A DNA stretch of 45,030 bases from a virus (lineage: Duplodnaviria > Heunggongvirae > Uroviricota > Caudoviricetes), in IMG/VR virus record IMGVR_UViG_2851949629_000008, positions 1 through 45,030 of that record; one strand, 5' to 3'. The notes under the pieces are model-generated. The model had not been told where the DNA came from. It searched no databases and saw only the letters and a program-made list of their open reading frames with translations. Below are positions 29,483 to 37,986 of this stretch, one piece after another. Within the stretch, counting starts at the first letter, position 1, and each line of letters begins with the position of its first letter. Made by a program: the position numbers and the translations under genes.

Positions 29483-29782
29483 ATGACATTTGAAGTCATC
29501 ATTACCCCCGAGGCCGAACAGCAGATAATAAACCTGCACGGATATATAACGGAGAAAGCAGGAAGCGTCATTGCTGACAATTATGCCAATGCGCTTCTTG
29601 ATTATCTTGATGGGTTTTCTACATTCCCACATCGGGGCAATAAACGCGATGATATTCGCCAGGGAATGCGAGTAACTCACTTCCGCCACAGAACGATTAT
29701 TGCTTTTGCCGTTGATGGCAATAAAGTCTTTATCGCTGGCGTTTACCATGGAGGGCAAAGTTATGAATCTGACTTTTTATAG
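29483..29782 (+). CDS. parE: ParE/RelE-family toxin
   Basis: 99 aa, 5 bp downstream of the antitoxin; ParE-like size and pattern. Confidence 0.75.
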   Translation: MTFEVIITPEAEQQIINLHGYITEKAGSVIADNYANALLDYLDGFSTFPHRGNKRDDIRQGMRVTHFRHRTIIAFAVDGNKVFIAGVYHGGQSYESDFL

Positions 29783-29843
29783 TTTATATTTTCACTAACA
29801 AAAAACTTAAATAACCAAGAAATACTTATAAAAGGGCTTCTAA

Positions 29844-30197
29844 ATGAATAAAACAATTTGTTTTCTATTGGTTTTTGCAATTTCAGGATGCGTCAACCCT
29901 TATAACTACAGAGAAGAACAAAATGTTATTATCTCGTTCAAAACAAATTCTCCACCACAAGAAATACAAGAATGCATTCTCAGTGAGTGGCAGCGTACAC
30001 CTCTCTTAGCCACTATCACGTCTCAAAAAATTGGCAAGTATTACAGCGTATTAGCGGTTGCAGATAATGCCGACATTTATAAGTTGGCAGATGGTTCTAC
30101 TATCATTGATTTTTATTCCCTTCGAGGGGTCTTAGACCCCACCAATGGGAAAAGCAAGAGGATTCAGGGAATTAAATCATGTATTAGCACTAAATAA
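29844..30197 (+). CDS. Small lipoprotein, paralog of the 7453-7791 lipoprotein
   Basis: MNKTICFLLVFAISGC lipobox; shares N-terminus, a central E-x-x-C-I-x-x-x-W motif and C-terminal Cys with the other lipoprotein; AT-rich; terminator hairpin at 30271-30300. Confidence 0.6.
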   Translation: MNKTICFLLVFAISGCVNPYNYREEQNVIISFKTNSPPQEIQECILSEWQRTPLLATITSQKIGKYYSVLAVADNADIYKLADGSTIIDFYSLRGVLDPTNGKSKRIQGIKSCISTK

Positions 30198-30301
30198 TCA
30201 TCAGTTCGAACCCAGAAACAGCCAAATAGATTTTATCTCAGGTGCGTTGAGGATGCCTGACACATCAGAGGTGGCGAGGGATTTCTCCCTCGCCTGGTTT
30301 T

Positions 30302-30457
30302 TTACTTCTCAGATTCGTAGGCTACGAAGACAGCGACCTCCGTCTGGCCGGTTCGGATTCGTACCTCGCAGAGGTCTTTCCTCGTTACCAGTGCCGTCAC
30401 AATGACGGTTAAACAGATGACGATAAGGGCGATTAACATCGCCTTTTGCTGCTTCAT
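30302..30457 (-). CDS. hok: Hok-family type I toxin (51 aa)
   Basis: MKQQKAMLIALIVICLTVIVTALVTRKDLCEVRIRTGQTEVAVF... is near-identical to HokD/RelF as recalled. Confidence 0.85.
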   Translation of the reverse strand: MKQQKAMLIALIVICLTVIVTALVTRKDLCEVRIRTGQTEVAVFVAYESEK

Positions 30458-30557
30458 AGCCTGCTTCTCCTTGCCTTTCGGCACGTAAGAGGCTAATCTT
30501 CAGTTGTCGAGACATAAGACTGGCCTCACTTTGTACTGACCCCAAAAAGTTGGACAG

Positions 30558-31409
30558 TTAAACACGAGGCATATAGGTCTGATTCCGATATTCAATTGGA
30601 GTCAGACCTTTTAATTTCAGGCTAATTCTTCTGCTGTTGTAGTATTCAATATATTCCGTAACAGCATCCTTCAGTTCGCTTATATTACTGAACTCATCAA
30701 GATAAAAACACTCCGACTTTAAGGTTCCAAAGAAACACTCCACCACAGCATTATCCAGACAATTGCCTTTTCTGGACATGCTTTGTTTAATACCATGTTC
30801 TTTAAGGATATTTTGATATCTTCTCATACGATACTGCCATCCCTGGTCAGAGTGCAGAACAGGATGCTCGTGAGGATTAAGCTTTTTGAATGCCTGATCG
30901 AGCATATTCTCAACCATGTTCATCACTGGTCTTTCCGAAAGGCTGTAAGAAATAACTTCGTTGTTGAAGAGATCTATTACTGGAGACAAATACAGCTTGC
31001 GCCCATTGACTGCAAATTCAGTAACATCGGTAACCCACTTCTCGTTTGGCCGCGTAGCCTTGAAATCTCTTTGGAGAACATTAGGGGCGGTTTGCCCTAC
31101 CTCTCCTCTGTAAGAGCGGTATCGCTTGACCTTAATCGCTGCTTTAAGTGAGAGGGTTCCCATCAGGCGCTGAACAGCTTTATGGTTAATCTGTTTCCCT
31201 TCTCGATGAAGAGACAGCGTTACCCTACGGTATCCGTATCGGCCTCTATTCTCGTGATAAATCTCACTAATACGCTTTTTAACGTCCGCATACTTGTCAG
31301 GCTTGCTGAGAGCCTTTAGATGATAATAAAACGTACTGCGCGGTATCTCCGCAGCCCTGAGAAGCTCATCAAGAGGATAAAACTGCCTTAGCTCGTTGAG
31401 TACTTTCAC
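30558..31409 (-). CDS. insK: IS150 transposase OrfB (InsK, DDE)
   Basis: 283 aa IS3-family integrase-core ORF. Confidence 0.9.
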
Positions 31410-31927
31410 TTTTTCGTGGGATGAGCTAAGGCTTTCAGCTTTTTTAGATACATAAGCCGCGTTTCAAGAAATCGAACTTGCCTTTCAAGATCCTCAATGC
31501 GTCGGTCTTTTGACAGCTCCAATGCTGATGCCGCTTTTTCTGGATCAACTGATATTGCAATGTTTCTTTTGGTGCCAATCTTGAGCGCGCGTAAACCAGC
31601 TTCTCCGCGCTCTTCATAGACCTTCAGCCACCTGGCTACAGAACCACTACCAGCAAGCATAAAGTGAGCAGCAGCCTGATTAAGGGACATGTGCTGCTCG
31701 ATCACAGCTTTCACGACCTTAATACGCAACTCTGGATCAGCACTAACGCCTTTAGGTTTGGGAATTAAACCTTTTTCTCCATGTTTTTCATAGAGGGCAA
31801 CCCATGTCCTGACCTGGGTTCGGGGGACACCAAAACGTGCCGAGATGATCCTGTAACCATCATCAGTTGTGAAGTAGTGATTCACGACTTCAAGGCGCTT
31901 TTCAAAAGGGTATTTTGGCTTTGACAT
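31406..31927 (-). CDS. insJ: IS150 OrfA (InsJ, HTH)
   Basis: 173 aa; overlaps orfB. Confidence 0.9.
   Translation of the reverse strand: MSKPKYPFEKRLEVVNHYFTTDDGYRIISARFGVPRTQVRTWVALYEKHGEKGLIPKPKGVSADPELRIKVVKAVIEQHMSLNQAAAHFMLAGSGSVARWLKVYEERGEAGLRALKIGTKRNIAISVDPEKAASALELSKDRRIEDLERQVRFLETRLMYLKKLKALAHPTKK
31422..31428 (-). promoter_or_regulatory. IS150 -1 programmed frameshift heptamer AAAAAAG
   Basis: Minus-strand A AAA AAG at the orfA/orfB overlap, as expected for IS3-family transframe transposase. Confidence 0.6.
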
Positions 31928-32236
31928 ATTAGGGGCTATTCCATTTCATCGTCCAACAAAATGGGTGCAGTACACTTCGATTTATAGTCGGGTGGGGCTT
32001 TTCTCTATCTGCCTTTTGGTGTTCATGCCTGAGACAGATAGCCTCAAGCACCCGCAGCAATTCTACTTATGACGCAATTTAATGACAACAACTCTACAGC
32101 GGTAGTGTGTTTAACTATTGACATTGATTAACTCATTATTCAAAATTTTTGCGTACGCATTAATGATTTTGTGTCGTTGTTGTGATGGTAAAAAAATCAC
32201 AAACGATCTAACAATAACATAGGTGATATTTTCAAT

Positions 32237-33377
32237 ATGGAAATTAAGCAAGTTATCGTTCATGAACTAATTAAAGAAGCAAAAAAGGATTTTGATTTTT
32301 CTAAGCCGTATCAGCTTAGATCCACTCCTCTCGATAAAACCAATCCAATTGTTATAAAACTTATTCAAGACATTTCATCTTTATATGGAACCAAAGGCAA
32401 TTCTGCACATTATGGCGTTTTTAAAGAGGAGAAAACAGAACAAGGGCCTGTGCCATCAATATTTGAAGAGTATTCTCAGTCAGAGGATAACATTAATGAA
32501 AAGTTTGTGCCTTTTTCTATTGAAGTGATGAAGCAACTTGTAAAAAAAGCCAAAGAAGAACCTTGGTCATCTGGTGGTTTTATTGTGTTTTGTGACTATA
32601 TTGTAAATAACAATAAATTCTTTTTAATTGCAATGATTAAAAAGAAAAATGGTGTTACTATCAGCAACAAACTCGAACCTGAAGAAATGATCCATTTGGA
32701 TCTATCCAAAATACACCAAGCAGCAAGAATAAATTTCAATCTCTACCAACAATATAAAACTGCTGATGAGTCTGAAAAAATTGACTTAAGTTATCTAAGT
32801 TTCGTAAGTAAAGGAGTGGGTCAATCCACATCAGCATATTTTATTGCAGCAATAGGATGCGACAAATCACTTGCAGCAGCAAAAGCCACAAAAACTACCA
32901 ACTGTCGCAAAACAATTTTTTAACCAAAAACCAGAACTTAAAGCATGTGCCAATAGATTTAAACATGACGTTATTGCATATTTAGACACACAAGCAGCTA
33001 AAAATTTGTCAGCCCGATTGAGTGATATTGAAGTAATTGCAGCACGTCACATGACAAATTTAGATGAGTCTACCAAAGAATCTTACACTCACGAATTAAT
33101 TCTTTTTTTAAATAGTGAAAATGTGAGAATCCCAACTGAATTTGTTATCAGTAAACGGGCGTTGAAAGACATTAAAAACATCACCTTTAAGACTGATGAG
33201 ATTGGATTTAATTTTGACAAGTCTCTCCTTGGAGTGACAGCTGATGATGATGTGTGGTACGATGAAACAACTGGAAGATTATCATTTACAAACTTACCAG
33301 CTGAATTTAAGGCTAAACTAAGCGCTGTGGTAAAAGAAAATTTAAAAATAAGGGATAGTGGAAAAGAAAATGGCTAA
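32237..33377 (+). CDS. NdpA/YejK-like (NA37 family) nucleoid-associated protein homolog, interrupted by an apparent +1 frameshift near 32889-32893
   Basis: N-terminus MEIKQVIVHELIK and GGFIVFCDYIV align with E. coli YejK as recalled (INQIALHQLIK, GGFVLFCHYRY); track splits it into 32237-32923 and 32871-33377 (the latter with a TTG start); AT-rich. Confidence 0.55.
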
Positions 33378-34590
33378 TTTATCAACGGTTGTAGATTTTT
33401 ATAGAGCATCATCGAAGCCCCAATTCGACGGACGTTCTTTTTCTGCAACTGTTGAAATAAATAATAACAATCAACGTTTGGTAAACTTGTTAGTAAATTC
33501 ACATAAAGCCTACGGTTATTTTGAAGATGTTGATATTAATAATGAGTTCATTGACGAAGACGATTTAAAATCACACCCAATTAAAATTGGAGATAAATTC
33601 TCATACACTTACATATCCCCTAAAAATGGAGCAGAACGTTTCTATAACTCAATTCAAGAGTTCCTTTGTATAAACTCACTCAAGAAAGGTGTAATTCCTA
33701 AAGAGTATTACATAATCGATGAGGATTTTCATCCGTCTGATTCAAGTAAACCGGACGAAATTATAAAAATCGAGAAAATTTGTGCAATTATTTCTTCCCT
33801 GGCTGAGATTGCGCACTTTCACGATACAAAATCGGAATCTTCAAATTATCGTTTAGTTTTCGTGAAAGATTCTGACGCAAAATCAACATCTATTATTTTA
33901 GAAACGTGCATTACACCTAAGATGCTCAATATAAATGACATTGATGATGCTATCATCAAGAGTCTTTTAGATGTAAAAAACGCCCAAATCCCCCATCAAG
34001 CAGAAAAAACAGGTATTTTCAGGAATACCATAGTGGAGTTTATTCTCGATAACAAATATGATTTTGAAAACCTAATTTGCCATTGGGATAAATTTGTAAA
34101 GCTATTTGAAAATAATTTATCCACGTATATGAGTGGTTTTTCATTCCATAAGGCACGAAAAGAAATTGCGAAGTCTGAAGCAGAGTTTGCTGAAAAAATC
34201 TCAAAACTTATTACTGATTTGACGACAAAAGTATTATCAATCCCTGTGTCTTTACTGGCATCCTTCGGGATTATAAAACTAACATCAAGATCTGAAATGT
34301 TACTCGTTTTATTAGGTGTATTGTTAAGCTCACTTATTTTATATATGGTATTACTCAATCAGGATAAACAATTAAAACATATTTATCATGCTAAAGATAT
34401 AGCATTTATGCCTTTTCTAAAAAACAATGAAAATTATCCAGAAGACCTTAAGAAGGACATTAATGAGGCTCTATATGAACTATCAAAGAGCCAAACCAAA
34501 TGTGATAATACAATAAAGTTATTTATGTATTTGGCTTGGCTACCAAGTTCTATTGCAGCAGGAATATTTCTTGTGAAGATTTTTATTTAG
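33358..34590 (+). CDS. Large AT-rich protein with two C-terminal transmembrane helices (candidate membrane effector)
   Basis: 410 aa, no recognised domain; hydrophobic segments LLVLLGVLLSSLILYMVLL and LFMYLAWLPSSIAAGIFLVKIFI; overlaps upstream gene by ~20 bp. Confidence 0.5.
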   Translation: MEKKMANLSTVVDFYRASSKPQFDGRSFSATVEINNNNQRLVNLLVNSHKAYGYFEDVDINNEFIDEDDLKSHPIKIGDKFSYTYISPKNGAERFYNSIQEFLCINSLKKGVIPKEYYIIDEDFHPSDSSKPDEIIKIEKICAIISSLAEIAHFHDTKSESSNYRLVFVKDSDAKSTSIILETCITPKMLNINDIDDAIIKSLLDVKNAQIPHQAEKTGIFRNTIVEFILDNKYDFENLICHWDKFVKLFENNLSTYMSGFSFHKARKEIAKSEAEFAEKISKLITDLTTKVLSIPVSLLASFGIIKLTSRSEMLLVLLGVLLSSLILYMVLLNQDKQLKHIYHAKDIAFMPFLKNNENYPEDLKKDINEALYELSKSQTKCDNTIKLFMYLAWLPSSIAAGIFLVKIFI

Positions 34591-34599
34591 CTCTAACAG

Positions 34600-35127
34600 T
34601 TAGAGCATTAATACTCCCTCCAATACTCCCATCGCTGCTTGTATTTTTTTTCTAATAGTCCCATCCGCACATTTCTTTCTTTTTGCGATCTTTCTCAAAG
34701 AAACGCCTATTACAAAGTGGGCAACAATTAACTCATATTCATCTATTTTATATTGTCTGAGTCTCAATATCCACTCATCAATCACTCGCCCTTCATCATC
34801 GCTGCTCTGGCGACGCAATTTTTTACCATGAGGCACAACATCTTTATATTTATCAGCCACTTGCTGCCAGTTGATAGAACTATTTCCAGCTACAGCCCAA
34901 GCTCCCCAACAGTCCAAAATATCATATATATTAGCATTGCTATCTACCTGTTTTTTATATTCTTTTTTGAAGCGAGCAAGAAGCATCCTGGCCATCGTTA
35001 TTATTTCTATACTTGTAACTGATTCATAAGCATCAGGAGAAATAATCCTCCCATCACTTAATGCCCTTTCACTAAGATTTGCTATTTCCAATAATCGTTC
35101 TTTAGTTATTTCCATTATTATCTCCAC
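34600..35127 (-). CDS. Antiterminator Q-like protein (QuuD/phage-82 type)
   Basis: LDCWGAWAV...NWQQVA and LIVAHFVIGVSLRKIAKRKKCADGTIRKKIQAAMGVLEG resemble DLP12 QuuD as recalled. Confidence 0.6.
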   Translation of the reverse strand: MEIIMEITKERLLEIANLSERALSDGRIISPDAYESVTSIEIITMARMLLARFKKEYKKQVDSNANIYDILDCWGAWAVAGNSSINWQQVADKYKDVVPHGKKLRRQSSDDEGRVIDEWILRLRQYKIDEYELIVAHFVIGVSLRKIAKRKKCADGTIRKKIQAAMGVLEGVLML

Positions 35128-35229
35128 CGCCCTTTCGGGCGACCTCCTGATGCTCTGAGGGTGCAGAAATCCCTCCGGTTAAGGATTAAATTTTATTTAC
35201 AGTGCTGGATTTAATTATTCAGATTTGGA

Positions 35230-35505
35230 TTATGCTTTCTCTTCACTCCGGTATACAAGAATTACAACGTCACCTCTGCTAATCACGCGAGCTGGCTCTC
35301 CTGGTTCTATACTGTCAATATCGAAGGTCTCAAAAAACGCATTCATTGCCTTCTGCCGCTGCGTCTGTTTACAGCGTTTATTCCATTCTTTCAGTAACAT
35401 CAGTGACAGCCACCGCCATGAGCAGAACATGATGTAGCACCAACCAAGAAGCGCCAGCCCCGTATTGAGGGCCGTACCAATCGTCATTGTTGCGTCGATA
35501 TTCAC
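35230..35505 (-). CDS. Hypothetical small protein
   Basis: 91 aa ORF with a hydrophobic N-terminal region, in the nin-like region. Confidence 0.3.
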   Translation of the reverse strand: MNIDATMTIGTALNTGLALLGWCYIMFCSWRWLSLMLLKEWNKRCKQTQRQKAMNAFFETFDIDSIEPGEPARVISRGDVVILVYRSEEKA

Positions 35506-35798
35506 TGTACCTCCTCCTGGAAAATAACTGCATGCCCCAGTTTCTCCGCCAGTGCCAGCTCTGCCTTAGCGCCCGCTGACCGCTGCCAGCCATTCAGCAT
35601 GTAAATCGCATCCACACAACGAATCATTGCCATGCAAATATCCATGTAGTGCGGCTGTGCCAGTCCGTCCGGAAGTACTGCCGGGTTTAAGACGGTATGC
35701 CCTTCCCGTTTCAGTTCCTCTTCCACCTTGTGAAATGCCTCACGGTTGAAATTTTCATATCCCGTCATTGGACCGGCAATATAAACTCTCACCCTCAC
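35502..35798 (-). CDS. DUF4406-like (nucleoside deoxyribosyltransferase-fold) protein
   Basis: MRVRVYIAGPMTGYENFNREAF... N-terminus typical of this family. Confidence 0.45.
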   Translation of the reverse strand: MRVRVYIAGPMTGYENFNREAFHKVEEELKREGHTVLNPAVLPDGLAQPHYMDICMAMIRCVDAIYMLNGWQRSAGAKAELALAEKLGHAVIFQEEVQ

Positions 35799-36217
35799 TC
35801 CATCACCTCCTGAAAGTTTCCCCGATAGAACGCCAGCACACGCTGCATAACTTCGCTCCTCCTGCTCTCACGACAAATTATGTTCTGGTGCCTGTCGTAG
35901 CGGCGTATTTCGCCGTCTGGTAACGACCAGATAAGGTCCGGATCAACCACTGCAGGTTTCTTCAGCTTTGCCCTTGAGAGCTTTTTACGGGTATTTTGCC
36001 AGTCCTTACGCGCCTGTTCAGACGGGAATAACCCGTAACCAGAGTTGTATACATCGCCACTGGCAACCAGCTCTCTGGCCAGAACGCTCATCAGATATCT
36101 TGTTGCCCCAGTTTTAGTTTCCAGTTGTCGTAACGTCTCGCGCCCACTCTGGCGTACGAGTTCAACAACCTGCCCTTTAATTTTTTCCCGCTCTTCTTGT
36201 GTAAAAACTTTTGCCAC
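35795..36217 (-). CDS. Hypothetical phage protein
   Basis: 140 aa basic protein between the initiator and nin-like genes. Confidence 0.35.
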   Translation of the reverse strand: MAKVFTQEEREKIKGQVVELVRQSGRETLRQLETKTGATRYLMSVLARELVASGDVYNSGYGLFPSEQARKDWQNTRKKLSRAKLKKPAVVDPDLIWSLPDGEIRRYDRHQNIICRESRRSEVMQRVLAFYRGNFQEVME

Positions 36218-36257
36218 AAGCCCTCCTGAAAATTACCTCATGACCAGAAATTAACAC

Positions 36258-37235
36258 TTACCCCCTGAAGCCCGGCGGAATTTCAGTGTCCGGTTCAGAA
36301 ATGTGATTCACGCAACGCTGCGCAGGCGAACGCCCCAGGCGGATAACCAGTTCATCCCATTTTTCCCGGAGTTTTGCCGGACTCATGATGTTTTTTACCC
36401 AGAACGAATCCCGCTGGAGACGCCCAAACATTTCACAAATTTGTCTGTGAGTTCTGCCATCCAGCATCCGCATTGTGCGAACGTCATTGGCCCATGCCGT
36501 CCAGTTGGGTTCTTTCGGTCTTGTGATCTCGCCATCATAGCTGGCCGCCTGCTCGTAAAGACTCACGATTCGTCCCCAGATCCACTGTGCGCACACCAAA
36601 TCTTCCTGACTTCCCCACTGGCGTTTTTTCGCACTGAACACAACCGCGTCAGGGTGTCGGGTTAAAAAATCCTGTTCAGCCGTCTGCGGGTCCGGTTGCG
36701 AAGCGTCCGGACAAGAAGATCTTTTATCTGACGGATCAGGTTTTAATACTGACGGATCGGGGTCAATCATCGCCCCCCTAATCGGCAGTTTTTTATCAAC
36801 AGTTGATCCATCAAAATTTGACGGGTCAACCGTTGAGGGGTCAATATTTGACGGGTCAACTGTTAACGGGTCATTTTTTGCCGGGCTAATTTTTCTTTTC
36901 GGTTTATATGACTCACGCGCCGCCGCCGCAGCTGCTTCGAGTTTTTCCACATTAAGCCGATAGATATTGCTTACATTACGCCCACCGACCTTACGCTCTT
37001 CCTTCGTCAGCCAGCCCTCTTTCGCCAGTTCTGCAATAGCCGATTTCACTGTGGATTCACTTCTTGCACCGATCTGACGCCGGATAGTTTCAATGGCAGG
37101 CCATGACACGCCCTCGTCATTGCTGTAGTCTGCAAGACGGGCCATAACCGCCACCCTGGATAAGATCATGCCGGTGAAGGCGCACCCTTCCCAGACAAGA
37201 CCATGAAGCTTGCTGCTCATAAAACCCCCGAACAC
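36258..37235 (-). CDS. Replication initiator (O-like; N-terminal winged-helix/HTH)
   Basis: HTH-like N-terminus; central repetitive peptide DPLTVDPSNIDPSTVDPSNFDGSTVD encoded by DNA iterons; follows the cro/cII-like genes. Confidence 0.65.
   Translation of the reverse strand: MFGGFMSSKLHGLVWEGCAFTGMILSRVAVMARLADYSNDEGVSWPAIETIRRQIGARSESTVKSAIAELAKEGWLTKEERKVGGRNVSNIYRLNVEKLEAAAAAARESYKPKRKISPAKNDPLTVDPSNIDPSTVDPSNFDGSTVDKKLPIRGAMIDPDPSVLKPDPSDKRSSCPDASQPDPQTAEQDFLTRHPDAVVFSAKKRQWGSQEDLVCAQWIWGRIVSLYEQAASYDGEITRPKEPNWTAWANDVRTMRMLDGRTHRQICEMFGRLQRDSFWVKNIMSPAKLREKWDELVIRLGRSPAQRCVNHISEPDTEIPPGFRG
36728..36880. repeat. Origin-like iteron array inside the initiator gene
   Basis: Repeats of GACGG(G/A)TCAAC-like units (gacgggtcaac, gaggggtcaat, gacgggtcaac, aacgggtcatt, gacggatcgg). 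Confidence 0.55.
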
Positions 37236-37242
37236 CGTGCTT

Positions 37243-37668
37243 TTAGTGCATCACCACAGCATTCCCTGCCGGGCCGCCGCGATTCATCTGGTCATACAAA
37301 ACAACCGCTGACGCAACAAAATCATCGACATCCTTCACCAGCCGATCCCTCCGTTCGACGATCTCACGGTAATATTCAGAACTGTGGCTGCGCATACGGG
37401 CCACCAGCAAAGGCGGCATCGCCTTTTCGATCGCCGGTAACAGAGCCTGCATTTTTTCAACAGCATCAGGGGTGTCTTTATCCAGCCAACGGAAAATTTT
37501 CTGGGTATTACGGGCCAGGGCTTCCGGATGGCTGTCGTCATACAGTTCCGGGAACGTCATTCCCAGCTCGAAATACGCTTTGGTAATTTTCGCAGCCGGT
37601 ACTTTTTCGCCGTCCGGATGCGCCCAGGCATTCATCGCCATGCGGATGTGTTCATGCTTGATTTTCAT
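37243..37668 (-). CDS. YdaT-like (CII-like) regulator
   Basis: MKIKHEHI... N-terminus matches Rac YdaT as recalled; SD AAGGGGGG upstream. Confidence 0.7.
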   Translation of the reverse strand: MKIKHEHIRMAMNAWAHPDGEKVPAAKITKAYFELGMTFPELYDDSHPEALARNTQKIFRWLDKDTPDAVEKMQALLPAIEKAMPPLLVARMRSHSSEYYREIVERRDRLVKDVDDFVASAVVLYDQMNRGGPAGNAVVMH

Positions 37669-37894
37669 GAATCCCCCCTTGGTTAGAAGGCGGATTATGA
37701 TCAGAACCGGGAATGACAACCGTCGGTATGTGTAACTCATATTTGAGCGCCCCGGCAGTGACTGCCTGAATTAGCAACGCCCATTTCCACGGAACCTCTT
37801 CCCCCCACATGCTGACTGTGGTTTTTGACGTTCCTAGAGCTGCGGCTGTTTTAACAACTCCGCCAAAATAGCCTAATACTTCTGATTTTTTCAT
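37652..37894 (-). CDS. Cro-like HTH repressor (YdaS-like)
   Basis: MKKSEVLGYFGGVVKTAAALGTSKTTVSMWGEEVPWKWA is an HTH; divergent from the CI-like gene. Confidence 0.65.
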   Translation of the reverse strand: MKKSEVLGYFGGVVKTAAALGTSKTTVSMWGEEVPWKWALLIQAVTAGALKYELHIPTVVIPGSDHNPPSNQGGIHENQA

Positions 37895-37968
37895 GAGTCG
37901 CTCCATAAAACTGAACGTCAAAAGTTTAATAATCAAAACCAAAGAAAGTCAAGAAACAAAACCATCTG

Positions 37969-37986
37969 TGTTTTAAAATCAAAACA
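37969..37986. promoter_or_regulatory. Candidate operator (TGTTTT-N6-AAAACA) in the cI/cro intergenic region
   Basis: Inverted repeat TGTTTTaaaatcAAAACA ends at the cI start codon; a related site lies at 38691-38708. Confidence 0.35.

Larger units (their letters stand above)
30532..31974 (-). mobile_element. IS150 (IS3 family), 1443 bp, flanked by 3-bp CTT target site duplication
   Basis: Imperfect terminal inverted repeats TGTACTGACCCC.../...GGGTGCAGTACA; CTT at 30529-30531 and 31975-31977; orfA/orfB inside. Confidence 0.9.

Noticed and set aside
30458-30484. Longer hok ORF starting MPKGKEKQA (as in the track)
   Set aside because: Hok-family toxins are ~50 aa; the conserved protein begins at MKQQKAM, and the extension is in the hok frame so is not mok.
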